This document shows, piece after piece, positions 63,931-64,000 of a DNA stretch of 64,000 nucleotides (position 1 is the first letter of the stretch; each line of letters starts with the position of its first letter). The position numbers and the translations under genes are program-made. The DNA comes from Bacteroidales bacterium UBA1173 (lineage in GTDB: Bacteria; Bacteroidota; Bacteroidia; Bacteroidales; F082). The DNA lies in the NCBI GenBank assembly GCA_002311655.1, contig DBYZ01000003.1, positions 59,868-123,867 on the forward strand, read 5' to 3'. Under the pieces are notes generated by a model. It worked only from the letters and a program-made list of their open reading frames with translations. It made no database searches and was not told the DNA's origin.

Positions 63931-64000
63931 ATGATAATCCGAGATGCTATACCTTCAGATGCTACGTTTCTGGCCAAGTGTGTGATGGCCGGGATGCATT
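63931..64000 (+). CDS. 5' end of a probable GNAT acetyltransferase, cut by the window end
   Basis: A TATCTTTG box lies 12 nt upstream of the ATG. 'MIIRDAIPSDATFLAKCVMAGMH' resembles GNAT N-termini. Only 23 codons are visible. Confidence 0.35.
   Translation, partial: MIIRDAIPSDATFLAKCVMAGMH

Noticed and set aside
1-64000. A search for CRISPR arrays, tRNA or rRNA genes, and IS or transposase genes.
   Set aside because: There are no regularly spaced direct repeats with unique spacers, and no cloverleaf-compatible 70-90-nt segments in the intergenic regions inspected. No ORF has DDE, tyrosine or serine recombinase signatures. This was done by eye only, so tRNAscan/Infernal should confirm it.

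Overview
This window is a chromosomal segment that looks like Bacteroidota, probably Bacteroidales. The taxon call rests on four things. Seven proteins end in T9SS (Por) C-terminal sorting domains. Nearly every transcription unit is preceded by a TAnnTTTG -7 box roughly 12-25 nt upstream of the ATG. No Shine-Dalgarno sequences are visible. The synteny is typical (rplU-rpmA, rbfA-FtsX permease, DUF3822-rsmD, holA/amn). Core genes have visibly GC-rich third codon positions and intergenic DNA is very AT-rich. I saw no rRNA, tRNA, CRISPR array, transposase or integrase.

Housekeeping genes include serS, purL, rsmA, rsmD, dtd, rbfA, holA, rplU/rpmA, an Mrp/NifU pair, a PduO-type adenosyltransferase and two C69 dipeptidases.

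Three visibly AT-richer accessory islets interrupt this backbone:
- 1-4.2 kb: a TcmP-like/DUF5131 three-Cys pair, followed by an XRE - DUF2075 nuclease-helicase - NUDIX operon. This is a candidate defence or DNA-modification island.
- 33.3-39.4 kb: a giant T9SS adhesin, a small protein with a sortase-like C-terminal tail, and a long structured leader or sRNA. The islet is bracketed by 50-bp direct repeats and by decayed KilA-N and YhcG/DUF1016 pseudogenes.
- 56.7-60.2 kb: a stand-alone atypical kinase, an unannotated 46-aa ORF and a three-gene operon of unknowns.

Other notable items:
- A cobalamin riboswitch controls a 1066-aa T9SS-secreted beta-helix/DUF4465-like protein rather than a TonB-dependent receptor.
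- A REP/MITE-like palindromic element replaces the catalytic core of a methyltransferase-like gene.
- A GNAT domain is fused in frame to an amino-acid:cation symporter.

All family assignments come from motif recognition by eye and need HMM/BLAST confirmation.
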